A stretch of DNA of 64,000 nucleotides from Octopus sinensis (GCF_006345805.1 NC_043014.1:34038001-34102000); one strand, 5' to 3'; numbered from the stretch's first letter, positions 1 to 13,122 are shown. A program made the numbers and translations. Notes: generated by a model not told the origin, from the sequence alone.

Positions 1-225
1 CGAGGTTGACTTTGCCTTTCATCCTTTCGGGGTCGATAAATTAAGTACCAGTCACGCACTGGGGTCGATGTAATCGACTTAATCCGTTTGTTTGTCCTTG
101 TTTGTCCCCTCTGTGTTTAGCCCCTTGTGGATAGTAAAGAAATAGGTACTTAATTTATCGACCCCGAAAGGATGAAAAGCAAAGTCGGCCTGGGCGGAAT
201 TTGAACTCAGAACGTAAAGACAGCT
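1..225. mobile_element. Nin-domain SINE 3' part (+, 1-145) abutted by an inverted partial copy (-, 146-225)
   Basis: GCCTTTCATCCTTTCGGGGTCGATAAATTAAGTACC at 14-49 and its near reverse complement at 146-181; same family recurs many times in the window. Confidence 0.8.
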
Positions 226-289
226 AAATTTTACTTTTTGCTCGATTTCTTGTAAAGTTTAAGATTCTGTTTTGAATCATTGTACAAAC

Positions 290-420
290 TACAGAATTTT
301 CTCAAGAAAGCCAAGAGAAAAAGATGTTTTATAAATACATTCTACCAGTATACGAAGTTTAAATTTTTTTAGTTACATGGAAATTATTTTAAAAATCTGC
401 AGGTCAAAGCGAAAAGACCC
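290..420. mobile_element. One terminal arm of the GGATC-ended MITE family
   Basis: CATTCTACCAGTATACGAAGTTT...AAAGCGAAAAGACCC matches the ends of the elements at 10697-11140 and 23223-23670. Confidence 0.65.
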
Positions 421-590
421 AAATATTCTGCTTAACACCACAGAATTTGCTTGTCCGTTGCTTACCTTAACCACTTGAGCATGTCCCTATAGTGGCTGAC
501 AATATGTGCATCTCTGACCATGAGCAGGAGTCGTGCTCATGGGGATCATCATAGACATGTGTTGAGAGGGATTCTTCGGGGTTTGAATAA
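421..590 (+). mobile_element. Diverged fragment of a non-LTR retroelement 3' region
   Basis: Visible homology to 38872-39040 and to the reverse complement of 13470-13625. Confidence 0.65.
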
Positions 591-1509
591 ATGTAACAAA
601 GGCAAAGTTTGAAGGAAATATTAACGATTTTACATACTCTCTAGGAATAAGCAAATAGGAAATAACAATTGTTGCTCAAGGGCAAAAATCGTATAACACA
701 CTATTATCGACCAATTAGGTACAAATGTATTCAGCAGAATTTTTCACTGTTTTTCTTTCTTTTTTTCCTTTTTTTTTCCTTTTCGCTTCTGAATTGTGAT
801 ATGAAGTTTGTCGTTAATTCAACAGTATTGAAATGTTTTAACTTTTCATATTTTCGGGGTCGATAAAATAAGTACCAGTTGAACACTGAGGTCGATTTTA
901 TCACCTATCCGCCTCCCCAAAATCGATGGCCCTGTACCAAAATTATAATAATATATATACTTGTTATAACTTTGACAAGCACAAACTTACACTTATTTAG
1001 TCATTGAAAAGGATGAATTTCTCACTTGTTCAAATTACATACTCCATCCCTTGATAAAACAGTCTTCTGGTATATATTTCTTCGGTTGTTTACACGTCCG
1101 CTTGATGTGAAACTCAAATTTATATCCATTTTTTTCATATTTTTCTTTCAACGTTAATAACATATATATCCTGAAATTTTAGCTCAGCGTTTTGTTTTTA
1201 GACATTTTTTTTTTGTTGTTTGCTTATATAAGGAATTATAACAGTACTTTGGAGGCATTGAATTATAGCAAGACTCGCTACAGTATTTCTAAATGTTAAT
1301 CACCAAACCATACTGTAAATAAAAGGACCAGTTTTTTCATATGACTATACATCAATTTTTAGACTCAGTCGTCACTGATATATTTCTCTCCTTACACATA
1401 TATTTTGAAATTTTATTTTCCTCCTTAATAATTGAAGATTGAATTGAACGGTTTAAATTCAAAACCTCGTTCATTGAAGCTTCAGATTCGCTCATGTCTT
1501 CTGAATCAA

Positions 1510-1898
1510 TCTCTATATATATAAAGCTGAAGTTGTCTGTGTATGGCAGGTTTGGTAGCCTTCAACTAACACTATCTCCTCCGAGACCCTGCGGCGCAAG
1601 TTGACCAAAATTCAGAGTATGATAGAAGGCTTGCTCTTCATTCCGTAGAAGATGAAAATCAAATCAGACCATGTTAACACCAAAAATTATTTACATCAAA
1701 AGGGTGCTTTTTTTTCTATGAAAATCCCTATTTTCTACGATTTTTTACTGCTGTGTCGCCATTTTTCGATGTATTTCAACCAGAAAAATGTTCACTTAAA
1801 GGGAATAACAAGCTATATAATGCAAAATTTTTACTTTTCAAAAATTCCAATTCTATAGGGTCGAAACAAACCCGAGCAACGCCGGGCGATACTGCTAG
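1510..1898 (+). mobile_element. Non-autonomous Helitron
   Basis: Starts A|TC, ends with hairpin CCCGAGCAACGCCGGG then CTAG|T, no TSD; close copy at 44381-44769. Confidence 0.85.
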
Positions 1899-2208
1899 TA
1901 ATATTACATTAGTTTTATGAGGCAAACGTTTCTTCATATTTGAATCAACATTACATGTGCGTGTCTGTGTTTTTGCTCCACCACCACTTTCGTATTGTAC
2001 TAATTTTCGTGTGGGTTAATATTTTACAAAACGTCTCAGAAACTGAAAATTCTATTTTTGAATCATGGCGCCGTGTGAAGAAAATTGTCATGGCAACGGT
2101 TTGTTTACTAACAAGAGAATTTTTGTTCCATGAACATTACGCTTCCCAGTAGATTTTGTGCTATAGAAATAATATTACGCGTGGGCTGATGACTTTTTTC
2201 CCCGTTCA

Positions 2209-2835
2209 GGATTTTTACTTTTTGACTGACAGATTTTAAAAATAATTTTTTGTAACTAAACACTTTCATACTTCGGACACTGGTAGAATGAGTCATATAA
2301 AACATCTTTTACTCTTAGCATTTTTGAGAAAAACTTATATTTACGAAGTTATTTCACGTTAAAGTTCTCGTATTTCGGTAATTTCAACCAATCAATGACG
2401 TGTATTCAGCTGAATAAAATTACTGCTGCTGTTTATCAATAAGAACTTCCGGCGGTGTATATTTCGTTTGTCCCTGTTATTTATGGCAACCCTAACCCTA
2501 ACCCTAAAACCCAAAACTCTAACCCTAAAACCTTAAAACCAGTACAAACGCAAGAACGATATCATAAATAACAGTGACAAATGAAAAATACACCGCCGAT
2601 AGTTGTTGTTGACAGAGGCAGTAACTTTATTCAGCTGAATACACATCATTGATTGGTTTAAATTACCGAAATAGGACTACTTTAACGTGAAATAACTTAG
2701 TAAATATAAGTTTTTCTCAAAAATGCACAGAATAAAAGATGTTTTATATGACACATTCTACTAATGTCCGAAGTTTAAAAGTGTTTAGTTACAAAAAATT
2801 ATTTTTTAAATCTGTAGGTCAAAAGCTAAAGATCC
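2209..2835. mobile_element. Palindromic MITE (GGAT...ATCC ends) with central (AACCCT)n; Merlin-like by inference
   Basis: About 270-bp inverted arms, centre AACCCTAACCCTAACCCTAAAACCC; degenerate 8-bp TSD CCCGTTCA/CCCGTGGA. Confidence 0.8.
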
Positions 2836-3411
2836 CCCGTGGAACTCGTTCATTTACTTTTTGGTTAATTTTTGAAGCTCAAAACACTGAAAGGGTCTTC
2901 AAAAGGTATGTTTGAACAATAGCGCCAGTTAGAGAAAACTACCACGGCGTTGATTTATTTGCTAACATATTGAGAGGAAATAAAAGCATATTTCCCCGTG
3001 GATTTTGGCCTATAATGATAATATTCTATGTGCAGTGATGATTTTTTTCCGTTTATCAATTTTCACTTAAACTGATATATGGTTCGGAATACTTTTGAAT
3101 TATCTTCATCTTGTATCTTTTACATATTCTAATCATCAGACTGCGACCATGCTGGGGTACCATCTTGAAGAATTTTAGTTGAACGAATCGACCCTAGTAC
3201 ATATTTTTTTTTGTTTGTTTTTTAAGCGTGGTACTTATTCTATTAGTGTCTTTTGCCGAACCGCTAGGTTACGGGGACGCCAAAACGCCAACACCGGTTA
3301 TCAAGTGGTAGCGGAGCACAAACACAGACACACACAGATTATATCTATATCTATCTTTCTCTCACTCTCTTTATCTCTCTCTCTTTCTCTTTCTCTCTCT
3401 CTCTCTCTCTG

Positions 3412-3453
<42 letters not shown>

Positions 3454-3454
<1 letters not shown>

Positions 3455-4235
3455 AGGATGCGGTAAATAAACTGTCGTTTAAATTACGCAAAAATGAAAA
3501 TAACACTGACTTCTCATTTTAACAGATATATTTACCAAAATTACATAAAAATATCTTGAAATACTAAAGAGTAAATTTATTCAATAAAATCGCCATTGGC
3601 TTCAACTACAGCCTCCAGACGACTTCGGAATCTCCTGCAACTCTTCTGGATGGTCTCCTTGTTTAAGTTAGTGAATGCTGCCATAATCCTTACTTTCAGT
3701 TCATCTTTGGTGTTACAAGTTTTGTTGGTCTCTCGCTCAACTGCGCCCCACACATAATAATCAAGGGGTAGCGATCTGGGGAGTTAGGTTGCTAGATGTT
3801 AGGGGTGATGTGGCCGCAGAAATTGTCTGACAGCCAAGACTTGGTTCTCTTGCTTGTGTGGCATGATGCAGAGTCATGTTGCCAGACATAGGGTCTTCCA
3901 GCAGCCATCCTCTTGACCCAGGGCAGTACTACCTCCTCCAAGCACTTGATGTAGGCCTCTGTGTTGAGTCTGAGGCCGTGTGGGAAGAGGAATGAAGACA
4001 TAACGTTGCCATCACTAGCGATCACTCCAAACACCATGATGTTTACTGGATGTTTGATTTTCATCACTCTCGGTACATGTTTTGGGGATATGGCAAGCCA
4101 ACAATTGTTCTGTGTGTTCACCATCCGATCCTGGCAGAAACTTTTCTCGTCTGAGAAAAAAACCAAAGCATGTTCGGTTGGAGGGGATGCTTGAGTTTAT
4201 TCAAAAACTTCGTAACACGGTCTTTCCTCTTGTCC
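3454..4235 (-). mobile_element. Tc1/mariner DD37D (maT) transposon, truncated; transposase pseudogene
   Basis: ORF 3792-4166 FSDEK...WQHDSASCH continues past a TAG into PNSPDRYPLDYYVW; 37 residues between 2nd and 3rd Asp; TIR-like CAGGATGCGG at 3454. Confidence 0.9.
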
Positions 4236-4481
4236 TTGATACATATACATATGCCCAGGCCTATTCCCCATTTTTTTTAGGAGGGGGTACACAACAGGTA
4301 TTCCATTCATTTCTCAGCTCAAAGAGGGTAGCCCTGTTCTTTGCTCGGGTCAAGGCATAGAATGCAACGCCTAATATCAGCAGCGGGGGCCGACAGCTTA
4401 TGCTGGTTTACCCCCGCCGCATCATACTGGTCCCCCCTCCAAAAAAATGAAAAAGTAAAAACAAAAATTGGAAACAGGAAA

Positions 4482-4554
4482 TTGTGAGTGGATTTGGTAG
4501 AAGAAAACTGAAAGAAGCCCGTATTATGTATGTATGTATGTATGTATGCATGTA

Positions 4555-4585
<31 letters not shown>

Positions 4586-5407
4586 ATGTATGTATGTATG
4601 TATGTGTGTGTGTGTATGTATGTATGTGTGTATGTATGTATGTATGTATGTGTGTATGTATGTACGTGTGTATGTATGTATGTATGTATGTGTGTATGTA
4701 TGTATGTGTGTATACATGTATGTATGTATGTATGTATGTATGTATGTATGTATGCATGTATGTAAGTATGCATTATGTGTGTATGTATGTATGTATGTAT
4801 GTATGTATGTATGTATGCATGCATGCATGCATGTATGTATGTATGTGTGTGTGTATGTATGTATGTGTGTATGTATGTATGTATGTATGTGTGTATGTAT
4901 GTATGTATGTATGTATACATGTATGTATGTATATGTGTATGTATACATGTATGTATGTATGTATGTATGTATGTATGTATGTATGTATGTGTGTGTGTAT
5001 GTATGTATGTGTGTATGTATGTATGTATGTATGTGTGTTTGTATGTATGTATGTATGTATGTACATATGTATGTATGTATGTATGCATGTATGTATGTAT
5101 GTATGTACATATGTATGTATGCATGTATGCAATGCATGTATGTATGTATGTATGTATGTATGTATGTATGTATGTATGTATGTATGTATGTATGTGCGTC
5201 TTTGTGTCTATGTTTGTCTCCCCACCAACACTTGACAACCGGTGTGGTGTGCTTTATGTTGAACCTAGCACTTCAACATAAAACACCTATAGACTAAGTA
5301 CTTGGTTTTAAAAATTGGGTACGCGGGGGTAGATACTTTCGACCAAAATTCTTCAAGGCGGTGCCCCAGCATGGTCTCAGTCTGATGACTAATGCAAAAG
5401 AGTAAAT
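4482..5407 (+). mobile_element. 5'-truncated CORE-type SINE with hugely expanded internal microsatellite
   Basis: TTGTGAGTGGATTTGGTAG..GAAAGAAGCCCG before, and CTTGACAACCG...CAGCATGG after, the (TATG)n block. Confidence 0.75.
4527..5194. repeat. (TATG)n/(TG)n microsatellite, about 670 bp
   Basis: Directly visible. Confidence 0.98.
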
Positions 5408-5680
5408 GCATGTGTGTGTGCGTGTGAGAAAGAGACAGAGAGAGAGAGAGAGAGCTTTACTAGTCAAACTTCAAAATAACCCATTTCAGACTTCCTGTAT
5501 CATTGAAAGTTTTTATCAATAGAGAACTAAAAAGTTGAGCAGACTAAAAATGCTTTCTACAGAATATCTACGAACAAAGGCTTTCTATGCAACTGCAATT
5601 AATTAATTAATTAATTAATTACTGGTGCTTTGACACTGTTTTGTTTCGATTATACTCTATAATCGTAGGATTATACTCTA

Positions 5681-6107
5681 TAGGCGTAGGAGTGGCTGTG
5701 TGGAAAGTAGCTTGCCTACCAACCGCATGGTTCCGGGTTCAGTCCCACTGCGCGGCACCTTGGGCAAGTGTCTTCTACTATAGCCTCGGGTCGACCAAAA
5801 CCTTGTGAGTGGATTTGGTAGACGGAAACTGAAAGAAGCCCGTCGTATATATGTATATATATATGTATTTATGTGTGTGTATATGTTTGTGTCTGTGTTT
5901 GTCCCCACAACATCTCTTGACAACCGATGCTGGTGTGTTTACGTCCCCGTAACTTAGCAGTTCGGCAATAGAGACCGATAGAATAAGTACAAGGCTTACA
6001 AAGAATAAGTCCTGGGTCGATTTGCTCGACTAAAAGGCAGTGCTCCAGCATGGCCACAGTCAAATGACTGAAACAAGTAAACGAGTAAAAGAGAGAGAAA
6101 GAGAGTA
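5681..6107 (+). mobile_element. Full-length tRNA-derived CORE-type SINE
   Basis: A box TGGCTGTGTGG, B-box-like GGTTCAGTCCC, CORE-like ACCTTGGGCAAGT, central TA/TG tract, tail GTAAAAGAG. Confidence 0.88.
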
Positions 6108-6124
6108 TAGTACAGACTATGTTT

Positions 6125-6340
6125 TATCTTTTATCTTTAATTTGCTCCACTAATATGACCGCGGTCATACTGGAGCACTGCTTTGAAGAGTTTGCTCGAA
6201 TATATCGACCCCAGTACTTATTTTTTTAAAGTCTGGTCCGTATTCTATCGATCTCTTTTATCGTACTTCTAAGTTACGAATCGTAAGCAAAACAATACTT
6301 GTTCTCAAACAGTGGCGATATACACACACAAACACAAACA

Positions 6341-6426
<86 letters not shown>

Positions 6427-6520
6427 ACGGGTTTTACACACAGATTCCGTCAACCAAATTCAATCACAAACTCAAAACCGTATGGTTGCAACGTGAGCCT
6501 TCTTAACCACACAGTTATTC
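6125..6520 (-). mobile_element. Diverged CORE-type SINE with (CA)n
   Basis: Reverse-complement similarity to 5681-6107 at both ends. Confidence 0.6.
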
Positions 6521-6734
6521 CTGAACTTCTAAAGTTATTTTTAACAATGTATGTAGATAGATGTACACCCTTGTCTGTATATACACTATCTCTGTAGACA
6601 GAAAGAAAAGGACACCAGCCAGACTAGTTTCACTCCTGTGTTGGGATTTCATCAACGACCGAATATCCTCTCATTGATCCATCCTTTTCTCTTCCAACAA
6701 AAATAGCGCGTGTAAATGTGTGTGTGTGAGTGTG

Positions 6735-6766
<32 letters not shown>

Positions 6767-6796
6767 TGTATGTATGTATGTATGTATGAATGTATG

Positions 6797-6852
<56 letters not shown>

Positions 6853-6876
6853 TATATATATATATATATATATATA

Positions 6877-7412
6877 CGAGCAAAACGCCCCCCGTCCAAT
6901 GGACGGTGCTGAATCATATTTGCTGAATAAAAAGCAATCAGTGTTTTCTTTTCATTAAAAAATAATTAAGCATGCCTTTATTTCAATAAAATTTTTGGTT
7001 TTGTTAAACGAAGTTAAGGCAAAAAAAAAAAAAACTTCTTGAGAAACCAAATAGTCTTTCCTTCCTTCATGCCAAGTTTGAAGAAAATATCGCTTTTGCA
7101 TCTTAATTTTTTGGTCTCTTAAATATACTGCATTTTGTGGCATTATTTTAAGCCAACCGGCTTTTTTTGCGCAAACTGCACGTGCATTTTTCTCGCGTAC
7201 GCGTAGTATCGATCGCAACAGCTGATGTACTTGCGCGTACAAATGCACGTTCCCACGGCTTTATCGATCGCATTTTTGTAATTTTTTCAAGACTTATACA
7301 CGTCCTGATACCGTCGGTATCTACATATCAAATATGAGCGCAATCGGATGGAGGATGCCCGAGATCCTAGAAGACAGAACGGATTATATATATATATATA
7401 TATATATAGGGA
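6877..7412 (-). mobile_element. Probable non-autonomous Helitron
   Basis: Sub-terminal hairpin CCGTCCA-A-TGGACGG (6892-6906) near a CTAG-like end (CGAG); other end in a TA tract. Confidence 0.5.
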
Positions 7413-8313
7413 GAGAGAGAGAGAGAGAGGGGGGAGGGAGAGAGAGAGAGAGAGAGAGAGAGTGAAGATATGTATATCTGTCTATATCTGCAATGCTGGT
7501 TAAAAATTCCGTATATATATTTTGTAGTACAGTATAGTATCTATAGATAGATATGTCATTCCATACTCCAGTGATATAATACTCTACAGTCGGGTGGTCA
7601 GCAACTAAACCGTCAACCACCCTATTAGAGAAATCAACGATTAACCATGTGTTTGGAGAAGCGATTGGCGCTACACGATTTCATGTCTAATGAAAGACTG
7701 CTTTCAGACGCAGTGAAATTAGATTGCATCTCTTGCTAAACTAGTGTTAGTGCAATTAAGCTAATGAGAAGTTGTGCAAAAATAATTAAATAAAAAAGTA
7801 ATTATGTGGCAAGGAGGAAATGAAAGTAGTCATTGACTAATATAATTTTAATTTTCCGGTGTCAACTCTTAGATATGCGTCGGTGTTATTTTGACCACAA
7901 AAAATGGCGAGCTGGCAGAACCGTTAAACCGCTAGACCAAATTCTTAGCGACATTTCTTGCGGCTCTTTACATTCTGACCCCAAATCCAGCTGGGGCCAT
8001 CTTTACCTTTCATACTCTCGGGATCGCTGAAATAAAGTAACAGTCAAGTCCTGGATCAATGTGGATTACTATTTCCCTTTCTGGCACTTTTGCGTTTTCT
8101 AAAGCTCCCGGCTGACCAAAGCCTTCTGAGTGGATTTGGTAAACAGAAACTGAAAGAAGCCCATCGAGTGTATGTATGTATGTATGTATGTATGTATGTA
8201 TGTATGTATGTATGTATGTATGTGAGTATGGGCAAATGTCTTTTACCATAGCTCCTGGCTGACCAAAGCCTTGTGAGTAGACTTGGTAGACGGAAACTGA
8301 AAAAAAAACGACT

Positions 8314-8401
<88 letters not shown>

Positions 8402-8407
8402 CATGCG

Positions 8408-9752
8408 CGCAGGATTGTGCCGTTGGCACAGCATGGTCGCTTGGGCCAGGGCTTGTTTTGTGGATTCGAAGGCTGAAGTCATTGTACTATCCCACTCCAT
8501 CTGTCTTTTTGAATCTTCTTTTGACAGTGCCTTGTATGGGGGTCTCATCACTCTTGCTGCAGAAGGGGTGAAGCATTGGTAAAAGTTTACCATGCCCACG
8601 AATTGATGTAGAGCCTTGCTTGTGGTGAGGTATGGAAAGGATAGGATCACTTTTACTTTTTCTGGCAGAGGTGTAGCGCCGGTACTTGTGATTCGATGCC
8701 CCAAGAAGTCGATTTCTGTTGCACCAAAAAACGCACTTGACATGGTTAATTACTAAACCATACCGCTCCAGCCTATCAGAAAGAGTCACTAGGTGCTTCT
8801 TATGTAGCTCTGCGTTTGGGCTTGCATTAAGGATATCATCGAAGTATGCAAAGACAAAATCGAGACCTCTGTACACAGTGTCCATCATGCGTTGGAAGGA
8901 TTGTGCCGCGTTTTTCAGCCCAAAGAATGTACGTAGGAATTCGTACAGACCGAAAGGAGTGATCACAACGGTTTTCGGTACATCGTCGTCTTGTACTGGT
9001 ATTTGGTGGTATCCTCAGATTAGGTCAACCTTGGAGAAAACCGAGCACCCGGCAAGCTGGGCTGAATAATCTTGTATTTGTGCAATGGGGTAGCGATCAG
9101 GTATCGTATCCGCGTTGAGCGGGCGGTAATCTCCGCAGGGTCGATAACCTCCGTTGGATTTGATCAGCGAACTATGCCCAATGCCTCCATATTGTCGAAC
9201 TCGGCCTTTGCGATTGCAAGTTTGTCTGGTGACAGACGACGCGCGCGGCTGTGCACTGGGGGGGGGGGCAGTGGTAGAGATGTGGTGTGTCACCACGTGG
9301 TGGGCTCTGTAGGTTTGGAGAATGTCGGAGTGGTGAGATTGGGGTGACTTACTATAAGATCCGAGAATTCGTTCTTGGTCTGCGAGATGGTTGCTATGCG
9401 GGGGAGGGGGCATGTGCAGATGTTGCAAGAGGCACGGAAGTGTATGTGTTGTTGTCGAGGAGTCGTTTTCCCTTCAAATCTACTAGTAACAAGTATGCTC
9501 GAAGAAAGTCTGCACCGATTATGGGACATCGTTGATGGTGAATGCCTATGTGTATCTTTGTGAGCCGATGTTGAAAAAAAAAAGGGTGCGATGACCATAT
9601 GCCTCGATTGTGGTCCCGTTGGCAGCTGTTGAAGGTTGGCTCCACTTTCCATGACGGAAGTCCCTTGCCGACGCCGTGACCACGCTGATATCTGCTCCTG
9701 TGTCGATTAGGAACCTGCGTCCGGAGCTGCGATCGCGGACATAGAGGAGCAT
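8408..9752 (-). pseudogene. pol: pol remnant (aspartic protease + reverse transcriptase), multiple frameshifts, RNase H and integrase missing
   Basis: Overlapping ORFs 9546-9752, 9394-9645, 9015-9428, 8487-8966, 8243-8743 carry DTGAD, RPCGDYRPLN, FSKVDL, YFDDIL, FLGH, FVGMVNFY. Confidence 0.9.
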
Positions 9753-9809
9753 TTGGTCATGTCTGCCCTGGAGTTTCCCTGGGTCACTGGTGAAGGGGTC
9801 CCAAGGCTA

Positions 9810-10285
9810 CATGGTTATTTGCACTTTGTCACTTTTTTCCAAACTTTGCATGGTAGAGGCAGGTCATCGTGCTTAACCCTACCCCATCTCGGGGCGACAC
9901 TATGGCGCTGACCATGACACCACTGGATAAAAAATGTTTGTCAGCTGCCTTTGCTAATTGCCGCAGGTCCTTGATTTGGGTCTGAGTTATGAGGGCCTGA
10001 ACCTGGGGTGACAGCTTGCGGAGGAATATTTCTTTAAACAAATGGCTGCCGCTTCTCTTTCACTGCGTCGGAATATAACCACTAGCCTATCTTTCAATAT
10101 GGCGTATTTTTTGTTGGTGGGGGATGGCTTAAAATGTCCAGCACCCTCGTTGCCATGTCTTCGTCTAGTGTCGCCAAAACATGCGAGTACTTTGTTTGGT
10201 TGGCCGTTACCTTGTTTATATCGAATTGAGTTTCCGCCTGCGCGAACCACAGTTCAGCCCTCTTAGGCCAGAACTGTAGTAGCCT
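9810..10285 (-). pseudogene. gag: gag remnant
   Basis: LQFWPKRAELWFAQAETQF, KYAILKDRL, LFKEIFLRKL, CHCC-type C-terminal motif. Confidence 0.8.
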
Positions 10286-10340
10286 TAGTATTGTTTTGTT
10301 GCTAGCTATGTATGTTCCGATAGCTAGAGCTGTTGTTCTA

Positions 10341-10355
10341 TCGTCGGAGTCACCA
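10341..10355 (-). promoter_or_regulatory. Primer-binding site, tRNA-Trp
   Basis: Minus strand TGGTGACTCCGACGA versus expected TGGTGACCCCGACGT. Confidence 0.8.
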
Positions 10356-10696
10356 GCTACAGCTTTGTTAAGCTATAGGCAAGCAAACTAGTGGAGACGA
10401 GAATACATTTATCAAAGGTTTATTATTTTACGTACATTAGGGCTTAAGTTGTCAGTTATTTCAGTGTAGTTCATTCAGATTCGTTTCACACTCACTGTTG
10501 ACATTCTTTTGCTTTCCTTCTCCTACCGGAAGTCCCTTTTGTTTTTCTGCTGACCAACTTCCTAGCTAGCCCGCAGCGAAGTTTCTGTCAACAGTTCGTT
10601 TGTCCCGAATCCTGCTCTACACTACCATCGATTTGTTCGACTAACTCCTTGGCTGCAGTTCAATGGCAGAAACAAATAGAAAATAAAAAAAAGAAG

Positions 10697-11140
10697 GGAT
10701 CTTTTCGGTTTGACCGGCAGTTTTTTTTTAATTATTTCCACTTTTAAACTTCGTATACTAGTAGAATGTGTTTATAAGACATCTTTTTCTCTTGGCTTTA
10801 TTGAGAAAATTCTATAGTTTGTAAGATATTTGTTGTTGTTTTTTTCTTCAATTTCTGCAATTTCAACCAATCAATGACGTCTATTGAGGTGAAAACATTC
10901 TGTGCCGTATGAATATGTCCCTCGTTTAAGAAACAGATTGGGTTTATTTACATTTCTGAAGAAAAAAAAGATACCCTCCCCCCACCCTAGCCCTAACCCT
11001 AACCAACCCTAACTAACCCTAACTCTAACCTAACCCTAAAACAGATTGAAATTCAATAGATCGATACTAGGGTCATAATTATGGGTGACAATTTCATATG
11101 ACACCGCTAGAAAAAACTGCCGTTCAAAGCGAAAAGATCC
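10697..11140. mobile_element. GGATC-ended MITE with (CCCTAA)n, 8-bp TSD
   Basis: TIR GGATCTTTTCGGTTTGA / TCAAAGCGAAAAGATCC; exact TSD AAAAGAAG (10689-10696, 11141-11148). Confidence 0.92.
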
Positions 11141-11541
11141 AAAAGAAGTACTAAATCTAGAATACATTATTGAAAGATCCATGCTCATTTATTATAACGT
11201 TAATGTGTGACTTGAGAAAGATTTGGTTGCTATTTTTAGCAGGTCGAAAGATCACGTACATCTTCCACCCCTTATTAACTCGAGATTACGTATGCTGAAT
11301 TGAACAGTAACTGTCATAGTCACTGTTTGTGTTATTCTTCGTCTACATATTTGTAGATAAGGAATATGTTATACAGAGTGAAGATAGAGATACACTGTCA
11401 TATTTGTAATTAAATTTGTTTTACGTTTATGATAATATATATATGTATTGGAGAATAAATTGTATGTGTCTGCCAACAACAGCTGTAGAAGATATATTGA
11501 AGACAAAAGGTGTGTTGTGGATTATATGAGTGGGTAGTACC

Positions 11542-11593
<52 letters not shown>

Positions 11594-11765
11594 TGTGCGT
11601 GTGTGTGTGTGCGTGTGTGTGGATGTAGGGGTGTATGTGTGCGTGTATGCAAATATAATTAGATGTGTATGTAGAGTTGTGCTGGGAATTGAGTATGGGT
11701 AGTAACCTCTGTGTGGGTGACTGTGTACAAGTATAATCAGATGTACACACATACACACATACACG

Positions 11766-12030
11766 CAAGTGTCTTCTGCTATAGCCTCGGGCCGACCAAA
11801 GTCTTGTGAATGGACTTGGTAGACGGAAACTGAACGAAGCCCGTCGTGTGTGTGTGTATGTATGTTTATATGTCTGTGTTTGTCCCCCCACCACCATCGT
11901 TTGACAACCGATGTTGGTGTGTATAAGTACTAAGCTTACAAAGAATAAGTCCTGGGTTCGACCAAAGGCGATGCTCCAGCATGGCCGCAGTCAAATGACT
12001 GAAGCATATAAAAGAATAAAAGAATAAAGA
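11766..12030 (+). mobile_element. Truncated CORE-type SINE
   Basis: Matches the body and tail of 5681-6107 with an internal deletion. Confidence 0.8.
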
Positions 12031-12034
12031 ATGG

Positions 12035-12345
12035 TTTCGTTGAACTCTAGTAAGCCAAGGTATTTATAGCTTTCCTTTTCAATCTGCTTCATCACTTCTC
12101 TATTTGGTAATTCTGTCCCTTATAGGGACTGTACCTTGCCTCTTTTCAGGCTCATTATACCCATACTTCTTGAGTTCAAATTCCATGTTAATATCAGCAC
12201 TAAAACAGTGGACTGTGTTCACCGAAGAACTCACTTGTACCTCATCCTTACCTTACAGTTTCAAATCATCCATGAAGAGGTTATTGATTCTTTGAGTTCT
12301 CCTCTTTAACTGATATCCCAAGTTCACTTTCCTCAGCACCAATGT
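12035..12345 (-). pseudogene. Dong/R4-clade non-LTR RT fragment
   Basis: Minus-strand translation INNLFMDDLKL*GKDE...VNTVHCFSADINMEF matches the R4/Dong (Y/F)MDDLKL region. Confidence 0.8.
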
Positions 12346-12375
12346 CAGAAGAATCAGGCAAAAAAAAAACACAGC

Positions 12376-12376
<1 letters not shown>

Positions 12377-12442
<66 letters not shown>

Positions 12443-12587
12443 ATTGTTGCTATTGTTGTTATTGTTGTTGTTGTTGTTGTTGTTGCTATTGTTGTTGTTA
12501 TTATTATTAATGTTGTTGTTGTTATTGTTGTTGTTGTTGTTATTATTATTATGTTGTTGTTGTTGTGTTATTGTTTTGTTGTTGTTG

Positions 12588-12631
<44 letters not shown>
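12377..12631. repeat. (TTA)/(TTG)n compound microsatellite
   Basis: Directly visible; gives the poly-Leu ORF artefact. Confidence 0.97.
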
Positions 12632-13122
12632 GTCTTTGCACAGCTTCTATCGTTGGAAATGTACTACGGTGCCAGCTGTTCACTACCAGTGAACTAAGGT
12701 AACACCCCTTAATTTTAGAGCACCATCCAGAGTATTCGAGCGGTTCCAAGCAGTGCTGTTTCCTGCAAGTGCTCCACCCTTATTGCAGCTCCTATTTGTT
12801 CCATGTACTTAAGACTTTTACTCACTGTTCCCAGGGCTCTGACAATTATTGGTACTACTAACACCTTTTTCATCGACCACAACTACTTAACCTCCCAAAC
12901 TAACCTGTCATATCTATCTTTCTTCCTTATCCCATACCTTGTTGTCAGCTGGGCATGCTATACCTATGATCCAGCATCGTTTGCTTTCTTTCTCAATTAA
13001 CATATGTCTGGCTTCCTATTCTCTATCTTATGGTCGCGCTGAATCATAAAATCCCATAGGATCGTTGTATTGTCATTTTCGATTATGCCTTCGGGTTTAT
13101 GTTCGTACCTCTTTTTTGCTTT
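12632..13122 (-). mobile_element. Dong/R4-clade non-LTR 3' end (restriction-like endonuclease domain)
   Basis: HKPEGIIENDNTTILWDFMIQRDHKIENRKPDI...VPIIVRALG...LQETALLGTARIL, short 3' UTR then (TAA)n. Confidence 0.88.

Larger units (their letters stand above)
8408..10621 (-). mobile_element. 3'-truncated Ty3/gypsy LTR retrotransposon, CsRn1/Kabuki-like, lying between SINE pieces
   Basis: 5' LTR about 10358-10621 (TGTAG start), tRNA-Trp PBS, gag FWP..ELWFAQAETQF, CLYHAKFG..KC..PC motif, protease FLIDTGADIS, RT PFGL..AAQSFQR..YFDD. Confidence 0.92.

Noticed and set aside
2488-2540. True telomere or chromosome fusion site
   Set aside because: Short degenerate repeats lie inside multi-copy MITEs with TSDs.
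4319-5297. Long ORFs of HTYI/MYVC repeats (also 36121-37017 and many others)
   Set aside because: Stop-free translations of tetra- and dinucleotide microsatellites in several frames and both strands; no coding signal.
12342-12692. Poly-Leu ORF (also poly-Ile/Tyr at 54522-54957)
   Set aside because: Trinucleotide microsatellite translation.
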